Shown here: positions 36,501 through 48,908 of the stretch, piece after piece
How positions within the stretch are numbered: the first letter of the stretch is position 1
Layout of the letters: every line of letters starts with the position of its first letter
NCBI RefSeq assembly: GCF_000143415.4
Contig: NW_003314289.1
Coordinates: 1,234,293-1,298,292 of the forward strand
DNA from: Selaginella moellendorffii
Taxonomy: Eukaryota; Plantae; Lycopodiophyta
Reading direction: 5' to 3'
Length of the DNA: 64,000 nt
Program-made: the position numbers and the translations under genes
Notes under the pieces: generated by a model
What the model saw: only the letters and a program-made list of their open reading frames with translations
Databases searched by the model: none
Told to the model about the DNA's origin: nothing

Positions 36501-38426
36501 TTGGCTCCGTTTTGCATGTTAGTTTTAGTATTGGGATGCTAGTTGCTCTAGGACTGTTCCAAGTTGCTTCGGGCTCCTGTCCCTTCACTCCTTGGGTTAT
36601 ACATTTGGGAGTTGCTCCGTTGTTCAGTTTTGTCGTTCCTTGGCTCCATGCTTGGGAGTTTAGCACTGTTCCTTCGTTCAATGGAAGCCTTGAAACTTGG
36701 GTTCTGCACCACTGTCTTTGGACACGTGGCATGTGACATGTGGCATGTGTCACGTGGCATAAAGAGGGTTTAAGTTCCACTTCGTGGTGTTATCCTATGG
36801 TAAATCACCATAGGATAAAGGGTAAAAACCACATGCACTACATTTGGTATCAGAGGATGAGTCTCGGCGAGTACTATCCAATAAGATTAAGCAACTAGTC
36901 TCGTTGCATACACAAGAGATGGAAACAATGATTCGAGTGGGTACACGTTTGGGTGCAAAAGCTTCACAATAGTTCTTTGAGTATAAAAATTTTTGGTTAC
37001 CTTTTTGTACCTTATGATTTGAGCTTGCTCTTGGGCTCATAGGATGGATTTGAGGTATAACATTTTGCACGAGTTTGTGCTTGGGCTCGTGAGTGAGGCA
37101 CATTAGTAACTCAAGGTTGCACTTTGAGTTAGTAGGATTAATGTTAGCCTATCGGTGGTTCCATAAGTTGTTCTTTGTACCATGGGAAAAAGTAAACTTT
37201 CTCTGGGTTTGCTATGAGTGGCAAATAGGTTGGTCTGTAACTGTTTAGCATGGCACTAGTGGATCCTTCCTAGGCATGTTTACAAGTGGATTAATCAAGA
37301 CTATAGGGATTAGTCTATTGGTTCAAGTAGTCATTGCCGTGCTCTCTCATAAACTTTTCTTGGATTGGACTGAAGGTAGTGCGAAAGCAAGTTTGAGGTT
37401 TAGTCAAAGATGAGACTGAAAAAAGAGTTGTTAGGGATGAAGGATCAAACACGTAAATCATTTTCTTTTCTTGAGAGATGACTCATGTTCACGGTATGCA
37501 ATCAAGAGTCCCTATCTTAATGCATATTGAAAGTGATGGTCTTACAAGTGGTGAGTTATGGGATGGATAGCGGTGAAGTGCTAAACCATTTTATCTAGGT
37601 TTGCCATTGGAAGACTTGGGTTACAATGCTCAATTCTTTTCCAGAGAACCTTGCTATTGCTTCTTTAGTATCTTGGTGTTGGATTAGTTTTGAGTTTTGT
37701 CGAAAAGAGAGTGGCATGAACTTGTCCATGTTATGAACAAAAGTTAGTGATGTTGGGTGTTGTAAGTCTCTATCGGTAAAGTGTGGCATTTATGTTACAT
37801 TTTGTCCAATTGAGTTAGCACTTGATAATCACATAAACCTTTGTAGTAGTGATATGGGCATTACTCATGGTGTTGCTCAATTGATGATCAAGTTATTGTG
37901 ATTTCTATTTCATATATATGTGATAGTGAGCAAGGTGTTTATGAAGTTGCTTAGTTAAACAATGATCAACCCCAAAGTGGTTGATAGTGAAGCTAGTCTA
38001 CTTACATATAGTAGCATTATAGTAGCTTTGACTGGATTCTCGATGGTGATCCATTATGCTAAGCTTAAATTAGTACTTTGTTTCCTTGAGAGTTTGCCCA
38101 TGAGGTGTTGGAAAAGGGTTGTAGCATTCATTTACTATAGCTCATTGGTTGATCTATTAGCACTTGGAGTAGATTGTTGGATGGAGAAGGTGTGTGTAAG
38201 ACACAAAATCCCTAGGCCCCAAAGTGGAGTTGGAAAGGGTGCCACGTGGTAGTGGCTGAAGTGAAAGCCAAACGAGTGTAACACATTTGGACTAAAAGCT
38301 CTGACTTGGAAGGTCGAGAGCGGGAGTGGAACTCCCAACAAAGTGCTCAAGGAGCGAGCACGAAGCGAGCAATAAGCAAGGCTCCAAAAAGGGACCCAAA
38401 AGGACCAACACATGACATGTGGAAGT

Positions 38427-38891
38427 GTCCGAGATGAAGTCCGAGATGGACCCTAGTTGGAGTCCGAGATGGACCCGAAGTGGAGTCCGATATAGAGTCC
38501 GAAGTGGAGTCCGAGATGGAGTCCGATATGGAGTCCGAGATGGACCCGAGATGGACCCGAGATGGAGTCCGAGATGGAGTCCGAGGTGGACCGAGACAGA
38601 GTCCGAGATGGACTCAAGATGGAGTCCGAGATGGACCCGAGATGGAGTCCGAGATGGAGTCCGAGGTGGACCGAGACGGAGTCCGAGATGGACCCGAGAT
38701 GGAGTCCGAGATGGACCGAGATGGAGTCCGAGATAGAGTCCGAGATGGAGTCCAAGATGGACCGAGGCGGAGCCCGAGATGGAGTCCGAGATGGAGTCCG
38801 AGATGGAGTCCGAGATGGAGTCCCAGGTCGAGACGGAGTCCAAGGTCGAGACCGAGACCGGGACCGAGACCGGGACCAAGACCGAGACCGG

Positions 38892-38922
<31 letters not shown>

Positions 38923-38980
38923 GCCAAGGCTGAGACCGAGCCCGAGCCCGAGTCTGAGTCCGAGTTCAAGTTCGAGTCTG
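38427..38980 (+). repeat. LTR-internal minisatellite (12-bp GATGGAGTCCGA, then 6-bp GAGACC/GAGTCC units)
   Basis: Directly visible tandem array in the 5' LTR. Confidence 0.95.
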
Positions 38981-41900
38981 AGAGGGTGAAAGCCCAAAGC
39001 ATTCGTCTCCCAGACCCTGGGGGGTTTGGTGAGCTCCAAAAATATAGTAAGGGGGAGGACTGCAATGGAGCCAGTTTGGCCAGGAAAGGCCAGTTTGGCC
39101 TAGGAAGGCTAGACCCAGTGTTGGGTGATGAACTGACCACTGGGAAGTCCAAGACTAGAGTGAATACGGACCGACAAGTGGGGTAGCTTGGTGAAGTGTT
39201 CAAGAGCCGGCTCTAGTTCCCCCGGGAGATCGACTGGCCGATGCTCCCAGTCCAAGTGTGGGTGGCACTACCTACTTGGATACCAAGCGTGGCTCAACGG
39301 AACCTCGCTCTAAGCCCATGGCTAAAGCACCTAAAGGCGAAAGGTGGGGAGAGTACCCAGGTGGCTCGCGTAAGGCCACGGTGTTCCGAAATGTTGTCCC
39401 AAAGGCCCAGACGGTGGAAAGGAAGAGGAGCAGTCCTCTGGGGTAGTGACCAAGGACACAGTCGTGTGGTGAGGAAGTCCCAGAGGACCGTGGGACTTAG
39501 TGGTCGGGCCTGTGGGCCTCGATCCAGTGGTAATGTTGGTGAACACGGCCATGGGCAGAAAGGGACTTTGTGGGGACCAGAAAAGAGATATTGGGGAAGG
39601 CTATTCCCCACGTCTGTGGGCATCCTAAGGATGCTAAGGAGTGGATCTGGAATGATCACTCATGGACGGATGGTCCAGTCCTTGAGAGACGGGATTGTGA
39701 TGCAGGTGGTGTTAGACCACCAGTATGGCCAAGGTAAAGGGGCATGGCCTTAGCGTAACGGGCTAGTAGGTCGGTGGTACCTTGGGGTGTCGATCTTGGG
39801 ACCGGACACGTGGAGCACCTAGACTAAGTGCAAGGGATGAGTGGCATGGATGCCATTCTCGGGGCTAGCAAGTCCCAAGTCCTGAATTGGACTTAAGGAG
39901 GTTGTGAGTGAGACTCCTCCAAGTGGTCGAAGGTGTGGTTAAGTGACTAAAGTAGAATGGAAAAATTAGTTGCTTACAACTTGGTATCGGAGCTGTTCCT
40001 TAGTCCGACTTTTATTGGTGCTCAAGTATATCACTATTGATATTGGCATCGGGAGGTCCTAGGAGTGGGCCTATCCTTGAGGAGTAGCATGTCGAGAGGA
40101 CATGGCTCTCCACTCAAGTTCATGCATGAACTTAGGCGCGATGTGGTGGATAGAAAAGGGGCCAGTAAGGGAACGACTTTGGGACCTTGGGAACAGTATA
40201 AAGGTTTCCTCAGAGAGTTGAGGATGTGATCCAGATGAGCATTTGACTTAGCAAACTGGCTGATGTAATTGTGGTAAACAACTACAGTTGGGATCACGGG
40301 AAAGATGCAGACTCCAAAATAATAAAGGAGTTACAAGATAATCCACACATAGTTGAGGCTGGTGCTCATGAATTTGAGACCGGAATTAATGACCATGAGA
40401 GGTCAAGTACGGATGAGGGCAAGAGCCCTCAAAATGGTAGCTGGGGCTATCTTTTATAAATGCTGGAACAACCCAAGGAGTTGGGGGGTGTACTTAGAGA
40501 TGAGTTGGTATTCTCATCACATGGACAAGTAGTCCTAAGGGGCAAAGGTTGCCCTAGAGAACAAAATCAAGTGTCAGAGTAACACTTGTGAAAATAGTCC
40601 TTATGAATAGAACATGAATGCAAGAAGTGTATTCCAGTGAGCAAGTGCCCCACAAGTAGGACCTTACGGGCTGTGGATTAACCAAGTCCAAAACTGCTAG
40701 ATGACTCAAGTAGAGTCAAGGAATGATCCTAAAGGACTGATGGAAGCATTTGGACTAAGGTGTGTGGTACCCCACAAAGGATGGGGGGGATCATAGGATC
40801 CAAGGATGAGAACAGAGGGTATTTTATCGATGGCAAAATGTGCCATGCTAAAGTAGCGGGAAAGGTGTTCCCAAAAGAAAATAACTTTGACACAAAGTTG
40901 TGTGTGACCTCTATGGTGCAGTGCTAACGGATTGTTGGCATGAGAAAGAGCGGTATTGGTCTTGGCAAAGACTTAGACACAAAGAAGAAGTGTTATAGAG
41001 GTAGGCTCATGGAGCTGATGGTGTGGAGACACTAAATGTGCCAAGGTATGATACCTTGAGGCTATGTCGGTGGGTTCATGAGAACTCCTTGCCAAAGGAA
41101 TCCCAATGGAAATGGGAATGGCATAACCTAAGCTGCAGAGTATGTGGTTGGAGTGTGGTGGCCCAGATAACGATGGAGGTGTGGAAGCACCAAGCAATGA
41201 GTTGTAGGACTTGACAACTATGAGGCAACTAAGCAAAAGGTGCAAAATAATTGGTTAAACGGGTAGAAGGTAGCTACCCAAGCCTTCTTAATGGCATAAG
41301 GAAGTTAGATATACCCTTACGGGAGATAAGTTGCTTATGTTGCGATATAGTAAGTCAATGTCATGAAAGGAAATACTTATTGTCAAGGAAGCCATCATTG
41401 GGAAACCTGAACACTCTAGAACACCAGGAGGTGGTGTTTGATGTCGCGAGGGCAATAGATGAGGCCCAAGGGACTAAGTCCCTAGCGAATGATGGATAGA
41501 AGGTGCTATCCAAATGTCCAAGGTGGCGGAGACAGGAGAAGACTGTCTATTTGAATTGGACAAAGCCAAAAATGGAATTTTGGCAAGGCTAGCGATGGGC
41601 ATGTAAAGGCCCATAAGCAACAATGTAATCTCGGTGTGTGCGATTATAGGGTGAGCATACCTGGATTGAGGAACCACTCCCTAGGCTATTGGGTAGGTTC
41701 ATCCCTAAGAATACTTGCTAAGGCATGATAGAAAGTGCAAAGCTATCCTCCTGGTCTGGAGGGGAATGACCGAAGGAAAGGCGTGAAGCCAAAAGCAAGA
41801 AGTAAGGGGGTAGAACCGAACCATAGGAATCGAAGGGCATAACCAAGGTTGGTTATGCCAGCTGGGAGTGGAGAATCAAGTGGGGGCTTGAGGGTGTTGC

Positions 41901-42454
41901 CGCTAGCAACTGTGATGCCATGGAGAGTCTAAAATATGGAATTGTCCATGTTAGACTATATGGTAATTGGAAAGCTTGCAAAAAGGGAGGCCTTAGCAAG
42001 TTAAGGGACAGAGTTCCTTCAAGGTTAAGATGATTCTAGGTAGCTTAGTACCTAGAAAGGCCAAGCGTAAATGGTTCAAGGAACGCGTGAAATCAGAGTG
42101 GCGCAGCAGAAGCGTGGTATTGAAGCTTGCCATGAGGCAAGGCTATCAAGGTTAGGGAAGTAGTTCCCGAGTGTTCAAAGAGAGGGCTTTGAACGAAAGT
42201 CGATGATCAAGGGCTTTCACGCTTGTGCAGGAACCATGTTACAGTGGTCGGATGACTTGCCAAAGCGAGATTGGCAAGTCAGGGGAACAAATACCCTAGT
42301 TGAAGGTGATAACTTCAAAAAGGGTGGGCCATGGGGCCAAGCATTGAGGAGTCCATGCATGATCACAGACTTGTCAAGTGAGAGGACTTGGTAGTGTGGA
42401 GGAACTAGGTTCCTAAGCTATGATCTATAGCGCGCTTTGAGTAAAAGTTGGTGC

Positions 42455-43025
42455 ACCGGCGTGGAGAGTCACGCCAGGCATCCTCGGGGATGCCGTCCGT
42501 AGATGCATATACGGAGGTTGGGTTCGAGTCCCGACCCTCTAGTGCTTGGGTTCGAGTCCCAAATCACTAGGGCGTGGTGATGGTTTGGAATATGAGGACA
42601 CTCATATTTCGGTGGTCATGGACTCTCAATGAGGAGATTGGCTTGGGCACACCGCCAAGCGGGGGATGCCCCGGAGTCATGATGCACGGTTAGATTGCTT
42701 AGAGTGAAAGCTCAGCATATCTAACTTGAACACTTTGGTGCAAAAGGCACCAAAGACGTGGTGAATGAGATGGGGACACCCAGTCTCAGTTGCTATGGAT
42801 CCTTGGCCGGAAGGGCTAGCTTGGGCGCACCGCCAAGTGTGGGGGATGCCCCCGGGGTCATAGTCAACAACTTAGTAAGGTCTGGAAGACCTAATTCCTA
42901 TTGGTAGACCTATTAAGGGGTCAAGATGAGATCACTAGGTGATCTTATAGTTAAACAAGGATAAGGTCTTTGTTTGGGTTAAAGAATATGATTCCTAGTT
43001 CAAAATGTTGATTTGAACTATTGAT
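42455..43025 (+). ncRNA. Putative structured RNA element: hairpin array with two T-loop arms and two four-way junctions
   Basis: About 20 back-to-back stem-loops. The duplicated domain (42615-42683 and 42789-42868) shows compensatory base changes. Confidence 0.55.
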
Positions 43026-44307
43026 AAAGGTGTGGCTTGGTCAAGGTGACTAAGTGGGAAGGACACTTAAGGGAAATGAACTACTACAATACAATGGTAT
43101 TATGAGTTCAAGAAAATAGTCTCCAGAGACAGGCCCATGGGTGGGTCACAAGGTTGGGCTAGGAAGAGAGCCTAGAACAGTTGGGGAGACTTACTAGGGG
43201 TGAACACCCTAGTCTGGGCAAAGTAGATCCTTTGCTATGGAACCAAAAGAATACCTCAAGGAGGGAGGTAATGATCCTATGTTGCTTGGTGCAACAATCC
43301 AAGGATAGAAGCAAAAGACGAGTGCCCATGATAGGGCCGTGAAATCCATTGGAAAGAATCCAAGTGGCAAAGTTAGCCAAGGAACACTAATGTGTTTGAT
43401 GCTAACAGATTGCGGAAAAAGAAGTGGACTTCCAAGGATGGATTCCCAAGTGCTCCAATTTGGCAAAGGAAAGGCTCCAAGTGAGGGAGCAACTAAATAG
43501 CCAAAAGATAGGGCCGTGGACAGCCCTAGCACAAATAATGATAAATGGAACGTAATGCCAATGGTGGCACAAAAATAGAAAAGAGGATGAGGGTGCCTTC
43601 GATTAGAGAACTTCCTAGGAGGGGAAGTGGAGTTGCACAAAATGTGCAAGGCAAGGTGTCGGAGACACCTAGGAAATTGACTTCAAGAAGTCAAAAGTAA
43701 ACGTTCCAAAATGCAAAGGTAGATCAATGGAATCTGTGACTACTCAAGAATGAGTAGTGGAATGGAGTTAGAAAGGGTGTCTCTAATGGGTTTAGCGAGA
43801 ACTGAACCAATAAAAAGGAGCAAACCACCCCAGGTGGTCAAGTGAGTCTCTAAGTTGGAGAGACTATCCTCCTTAGAGGATGGGCAAAGCATGTTGAGCA
43901 TTTGGTGTCGAACCATTGACGAATATGGAGAAGGCATTGTGAGCCTTCAATGTCAAACCATTGACAAGTATTGGCTAGGTGCCAAGGATGGAAATGGTAA
44001 CACATGCGGGTGTTACTTTATAAAATGGTTTACCGTTCGGTGAGGATATCGAACTTCGTCTATGGGTGGTGGAGTTGTGAGACACAAAATCCCTAGGCCC
44101 CAAAGTGGAGCTGGAAAGGGTGCCACGTGGTAGTGGCCGAAGTGAAAGCCAAACGAGTGTAACACGTTTGGACTAAAAGCTCTGACTTGGAAGGTCGAGA
44201 GCGGGAGTGGAACACCCAACAAAGTGCTCAAGGAGCGAGCATGAAGCGAGCAATAAGCAAGGCTCCAAAAAGGGACCCAAAAGGACCAACACATGACATG
44301 TGGAAGT

Positions 44308-44920
44308 GTCCGAGATGGAGTCCGAGACGGACCCTAGTTGGAGTCCGAGATGGACCCGAAGTGGAGTCCAATATGGAGTCCGAAGTGGAGTCCGAGATGG
44401 AGTCCGAGATGGAGTCCGAGATGGAGTCCAATATGGAGTCCGAGATGGACCCGAGATGGACCCAAGATGGAGTCCGAGATGGACCCGAGATGGACCCAAG
44501 ATGGAGTCCGAGATGGAGTCCGAGGTGGACCGAGACGGAGTCCGAGATGGACCCGAGATGGAGTCCGAGATGGACCCGAGATGGAGTCCGAGATGGAGTC
44601 CGAGGTGGACCGAGACGGAGTCCGAGATGGACCCGAGATGGAGTCCGAGATGGACCGAGACGGAGTCCGAGATGGAGTTCGAGATGGAGTCCGAGATGGA
44701 CCGAGACGGAGCCCGAGATGGAGTCCGAGATGGAGTCCGAGAAGGACCCGAGACGGAGTCCGAGGTCGAGACCGAGACCGGGACCGAGACCGAGACCGAG
44801 ACCGAGACTGAGGCCAAGGCTGAGACCGGGACCGAGACCGAGACCGAGGCCAAGGCTGAGACCGAGCCCGAGCCCGAGTCCGAGTCCGAGTCCGAGTCCG
44901 AGTTCGAGTTCGAGTCTGAG
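44308..44920 (+). repeat. LTR-internal minisatellite, 3' LTR copy with different unit number
   Basis: Same units as 38427-38980; accounts for most of the 1784 vs 1841 bp LTR length difference. Confidence 0.95.
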
Positions 44921-47900
44921 AGGGTGAAAGCCCAAAGCGTTCGTCTCCCAGACCTTGGGGGGTTTGGTGAGCTCCAAAAGTATAGTAAGGGGGAGGACTG
45001 CAGTGGAGCCAGTTTGGCCAGGAAAGGCCAGTTTGGCCTAGGAAGGCCAGACCCAGTGTTGGGTGATGAACTGACCACTGGGAAGTCCAAGACTAGAGTG
45101 AATACAGACCGACAAGCGGGGTAGCTTGGTGAAGTGTTCAAGAGCCGGCTCTAGTTCCCCCGGGAGATCGACTGGCCGATGCTCCCAGTCCAAGTGTGGG
45201 TGGCACTACCTACTTGGATACCAAGCGTGGCTCAACGGAACCTCGCTCTAAGCCCATGGCTAGAGCACCTAAAGGCGAAAGGTGGGGAGAGTACCCAAGT
45301 GGCTCGCGTAAGGCCACGGTGTTCCGAAATGTTGTCCCAAAGGCCCAGACGGTGGAAAGAAAGAGGAGCAGTCCTCTGGGGTAGTGACCAAGGACACAGT
45401 CATGTGGTGAGGAAGTCCCAGAGGACCGTGGGACTTAGTGGTCGGGCCTGTGGGCCTTGATCCAGTGGTAGTGTTGGTGAACACGGCCATGGGCAGAAAG
45501 GGACTTGGTGGGGACCAGAAAAGAGATATTGGGGAAGGCTATTCCCCACGTCTGTGGGCATCCTAAGGATGCTAAGGAGTGGATCTGGAATGATCACTCA
45601 TGGACGGATGGTCCAGTCCTTGAGAGACGGGATTGTGATGTAGGTGGTGTTAGACCACCGGTATGGCCAAGGTAAAGGGGCATGGCCTTAGCGTAACGGG
45701 CTAGTAGGTCGGTGGTACCTTGGGGTGTCGGTCTTGGGACCGGACACGTGGAGCACCTGGACTAAGTGCAAGGGATGAGTGGCATGGATGCCATTCTTGG
45801 GGCTAGCAAGTCCCAAGTCCTGAATTGGACTTAAGGAGGTTGTGAGTGAGACTCCTCCAAGTGGTCGAAGGTGTGGTTAAGTGACTAAAGTAAAATGGAA
45901 AAATTAGTCGCTTACAGTGTGTAGTTGAGGTATTGACATTGCTAGCACTTGTGTTAGTGGAAGTGGCATTGTTATTTCGAGTGATGATGAATTTTTCCTT
46001 AAAACTTGATTTTCCATGTCATTTTTCTTGTTAGTGTTTTGGCTTCACATTAGATCTTAAAGGTGGTTAAAGAAGAATGTTAGTGCAAATGTGAATATCC
46101 AAAAATGTGGTCTTTGTGATCAAGCCTTGGATGTTCATTTTTCATTTTGCGGATGTCAGTGTTGGATGTTGGTTATATAAGCATATTATGGGTTATGAGA
46201 ATTGGTGTTGAGGTGAACTTATGTGAAATTGTTAGTAGGAAAAAGTTGGTTGAGTCTTGAAAGTTTGCATTCCTAGACTAAGAGTCATTCTTTCCCTGGG
46301 ATGGAAAATTTTCCACAAATTTTCTTAGACTTTTCCAATGGCTAATCTATTTGGCACTTTGCTCAAAAATCATTCTGTTTTCGTAAGCCAGTACAAACTA
46401 GTGAAGGGTTGGAATTGACTTCTATTAGCTTAGATCTTAGTAGGTAGTTTATATGATGTGCCCGAAAAGGGATGTTGACATTTGAAACTAAAGCAATTGA
46501 GTTGAATAGGGTCTAGAGTTGGTGTAGAAAAGTGGTTGTTGCACTTTTCTAAGAAGGGTGACTCTTGTGCTTTTCTTTTGTAGCATTATGCTTAGTGGCA
46601 GGTTGCACCTTACATTTTGTTAAGACTCTATGAGAGTAGTGAGTTCTCACTGATCTTGACTTGGTCTTGGTGGCTCTATGCCTTGGCTAAAGATGGTGAT
46701 GTCCAACTTAGTTGTTTGCGATTGAGATGTTGGTACTTGTACTATAGCTTTGTCTATGAGGAGGTTGTGTACCGAAATGAGTCTATCTCATGGTTTTCAC
46801 TTTAGTTTCGATTGAGTGTTGATCACATAGCTAGCCTCTTTAAGGTATGCTCAGAGCTAGTGGCTAAATGTTTTAATAAGCTTATTGCGGTTGAGTTGGA
46901 TTCGAGTGGTCATTTAGTTTGTGCTTGTCTATGAACTTTTATCTCGTACCTGGGATATCATGTTCATGTTGGACAAGTATATAACTTGATGACAAGAATT
47001 AGTGTTTAGGTCTTCTGAAGGCAAGTTAAAAAGTGATTGTTAGTTGTTTTGCAACTAATGATTGCTTGTAGATTTTGTCGAAGACTATGACACTTGCTTC
47101 ACTTAGTGATGATTTAGCAGTGATGGGCTTGCTTTATCGGATGGTGTTGCGGAGGATCATGTCATTAGACTTATATAGTTTTCCATGTTGATATGTTGAC
47201 TTTACCTCTGTCAATATCATTTGGTTGCGTTTAGTTTGTAGTGTTGGATTTCATTGAGTCTTGGATGTGGTGAATCACTCCTTGATGAAATGTTATCTGT
47301 AACTGAGTTTTACTAAAGGATTGGTCTCAGATACTAAATAAAGTATCTTCGACTTTAGTTAGCTTAGTTGCTAGGAAGTTTTGGGTGGTGATTCACTCGT
47401 GCTTTCTTCTAGCTTTGTTATGATGTTGATAACATTAAAGTGATACCTTGTCGTTGACATTATTGATGTTGAGATTCAAGTGAAATGAAATGTCTCTCTG
47501 ATGATTGATATTAAGTTTCATTGGTCTTGATGAAGATAGTGTTAATGATTTGGCTATAGCTTTGTGTTGTTGGCATTCGTGCATTTGCTATTAGCAACTG
47601 TGTTGACGTTCAAATGAATTGAGTGGCAAGTTTGAGTTAATTGTCTTCTAAACGAGATTATTTAGTAGAGGGTTGAGCTTTGGCTTTTCCTTGAAAAGTG
47701 ATTCAGTCTTGGACTATGCTAACTCTACAAGTGGAAGAGTTAATGATCAATATTAGAATGTTTGAATCTTTATTAGATTTGAGTTGGAATATATTGATCA
47801 TTAATGATTTTTCTTATGCTTGTTACGATATGAGTTACGTCTTGCTATAGATGAATTCATGAAAGATCGTTTGATGATCACTTGTTGAGTATAACTTCGT

Positions 47901-47953
47901 TGTGTTTGGCTTTTGGATTGATGCATATATGCTCTTCATTAGCTTTGCATTAT

Positions 47954-48908
47954 TATAGCGTATGTGATCATGGGATGAGATTTGGATATACTGTCATCAT
48001 GAATCCTTGAACCTTGGGGGATAAATGGGGATAAAATAGCCACTAAGGGCTCTCTCATCAAGTAATTGCCCCTTTTCCAGTTGGCTTAAGGGGAGAGAGA
48101 TAAAGTGCGCTACAGTTAGTATCAGAGCAAATAGCACGGGTTCAATTCCCATTGATTAGTGGCTACCTAAAATATAATATACTCTTGAGCAATATATATT
48201 CCTACCCCTAAATTTTGAAAATCGTACGTATTGGGCATCCATGCATACATCCTTCCTCTTGTGGAGCATCCCAGATGAAGGTATCCATTGTGGGATTGTG
48301 GTACAGGTGGATGACTAGTTGCCTCACATGGAATATCTAGTTTACACAATAAAAGGATTGGTAGATTCAGTGTGGAAATGGAGGTGCTGGTTCCCCTTGG
48401 CTCAGTAGGGGTTGTTAGTTAATAGTCAATGAGGACATTGACATCTCTGAAGGGGAGGTGAGTGGAAGGATTGGTAGATTCAGTGCGGAAATGGAGGTGC
48501 TGGTTCCCCTTGGCTCAGTAGGGATTGTTAATCAATAGTCAATGAGGACATTGACATCTCTGAAGGGGAGGTGAGTGTAGCGCATGTGATCATGGGATGA
48601 GATTTGGATATACTGTCACTGTGGATCCTTGGAACCTTGGGGGATAAATGGGGATAAAATAGCCACTAAGGGCTCTCTCATCAAGCAATTGCCCCTTTTC
48701 CAGTTGGGTTAAAGGGAGAGAGATAAGGTGCGCTACAATTATGAGGTGTAGCGCATGTGATCATGGGATGAGATTTGGATATACTGTCACCGTGGATCCT
48801 TGGAACCTTGGGGGATAAATGGGGATAAAATAGCCACTAAGGGCTCTCTCATCAAGCAATTGCCCCTTTTCCAGTTGGCTTAAGGGGAGAGAGATAAGGT
48901 GCGCTACA
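47954..48908 (+). mobile_element. TRIM with three ~161-bp LTRs (47954-48114, 48576-48737, 48747-48908)
   Basis: TGTAGCGCA...TGCGCTACA termini, PBS-like TAGTATCAGAGC at 48117-48128, PPT GAAGGGGAGG, and TSD ATTAT at 47949-47953, 48738-48742 and 48909-48913. Confidence 0.92.

Larger units (their letters stand above)
38195..45916 (+). mobile_element. Nested non-autonomous (LARD-like) LTR retrotransposon; LTRs 38195-39978 and 44076-45916
   Basis: TG...CA LTRs, near-identical outside the minisatellite. 5-bp TSD GTGTG (38190-38194, 45917-45921). PBS TGGTATCGGAGC at 39982-39993 and a purine-rich tract before the 3' LTR. No recognisable intact gag/pol in the 4.1-kb interior. Confidence 0.95.

Noticed and set aside
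37365-37380. miR319-like TTGGACTGAAGG
   Set aside because: Only a partial match, inside a decayed retroelement, with no precursor hairpin.
42455-43025. Hammerhead ribozyme (retrozyme) or complete tRNA gene in the hairpin array
   Set aside because: No CUGANGA core paired with GAAA, and the T-arms lack matching D-arm, anticodon arm and acceptor stem.
38292-45141. Long ORFs of repetitive peptides (WSPR, MESE, RDGV, HLGL) in both LTRs
   Set aside because: By-products of stop-free 12-bp and 6-bp minisatellite units. Not treated as genes, and not a CRISPR array because there are no unique spacers.
47954-48908. Cassandra-type (5S rRNA-bearing) TRIM
   Set aside because: No recognisable 5S A-box/C-box sequence in the LTRs.
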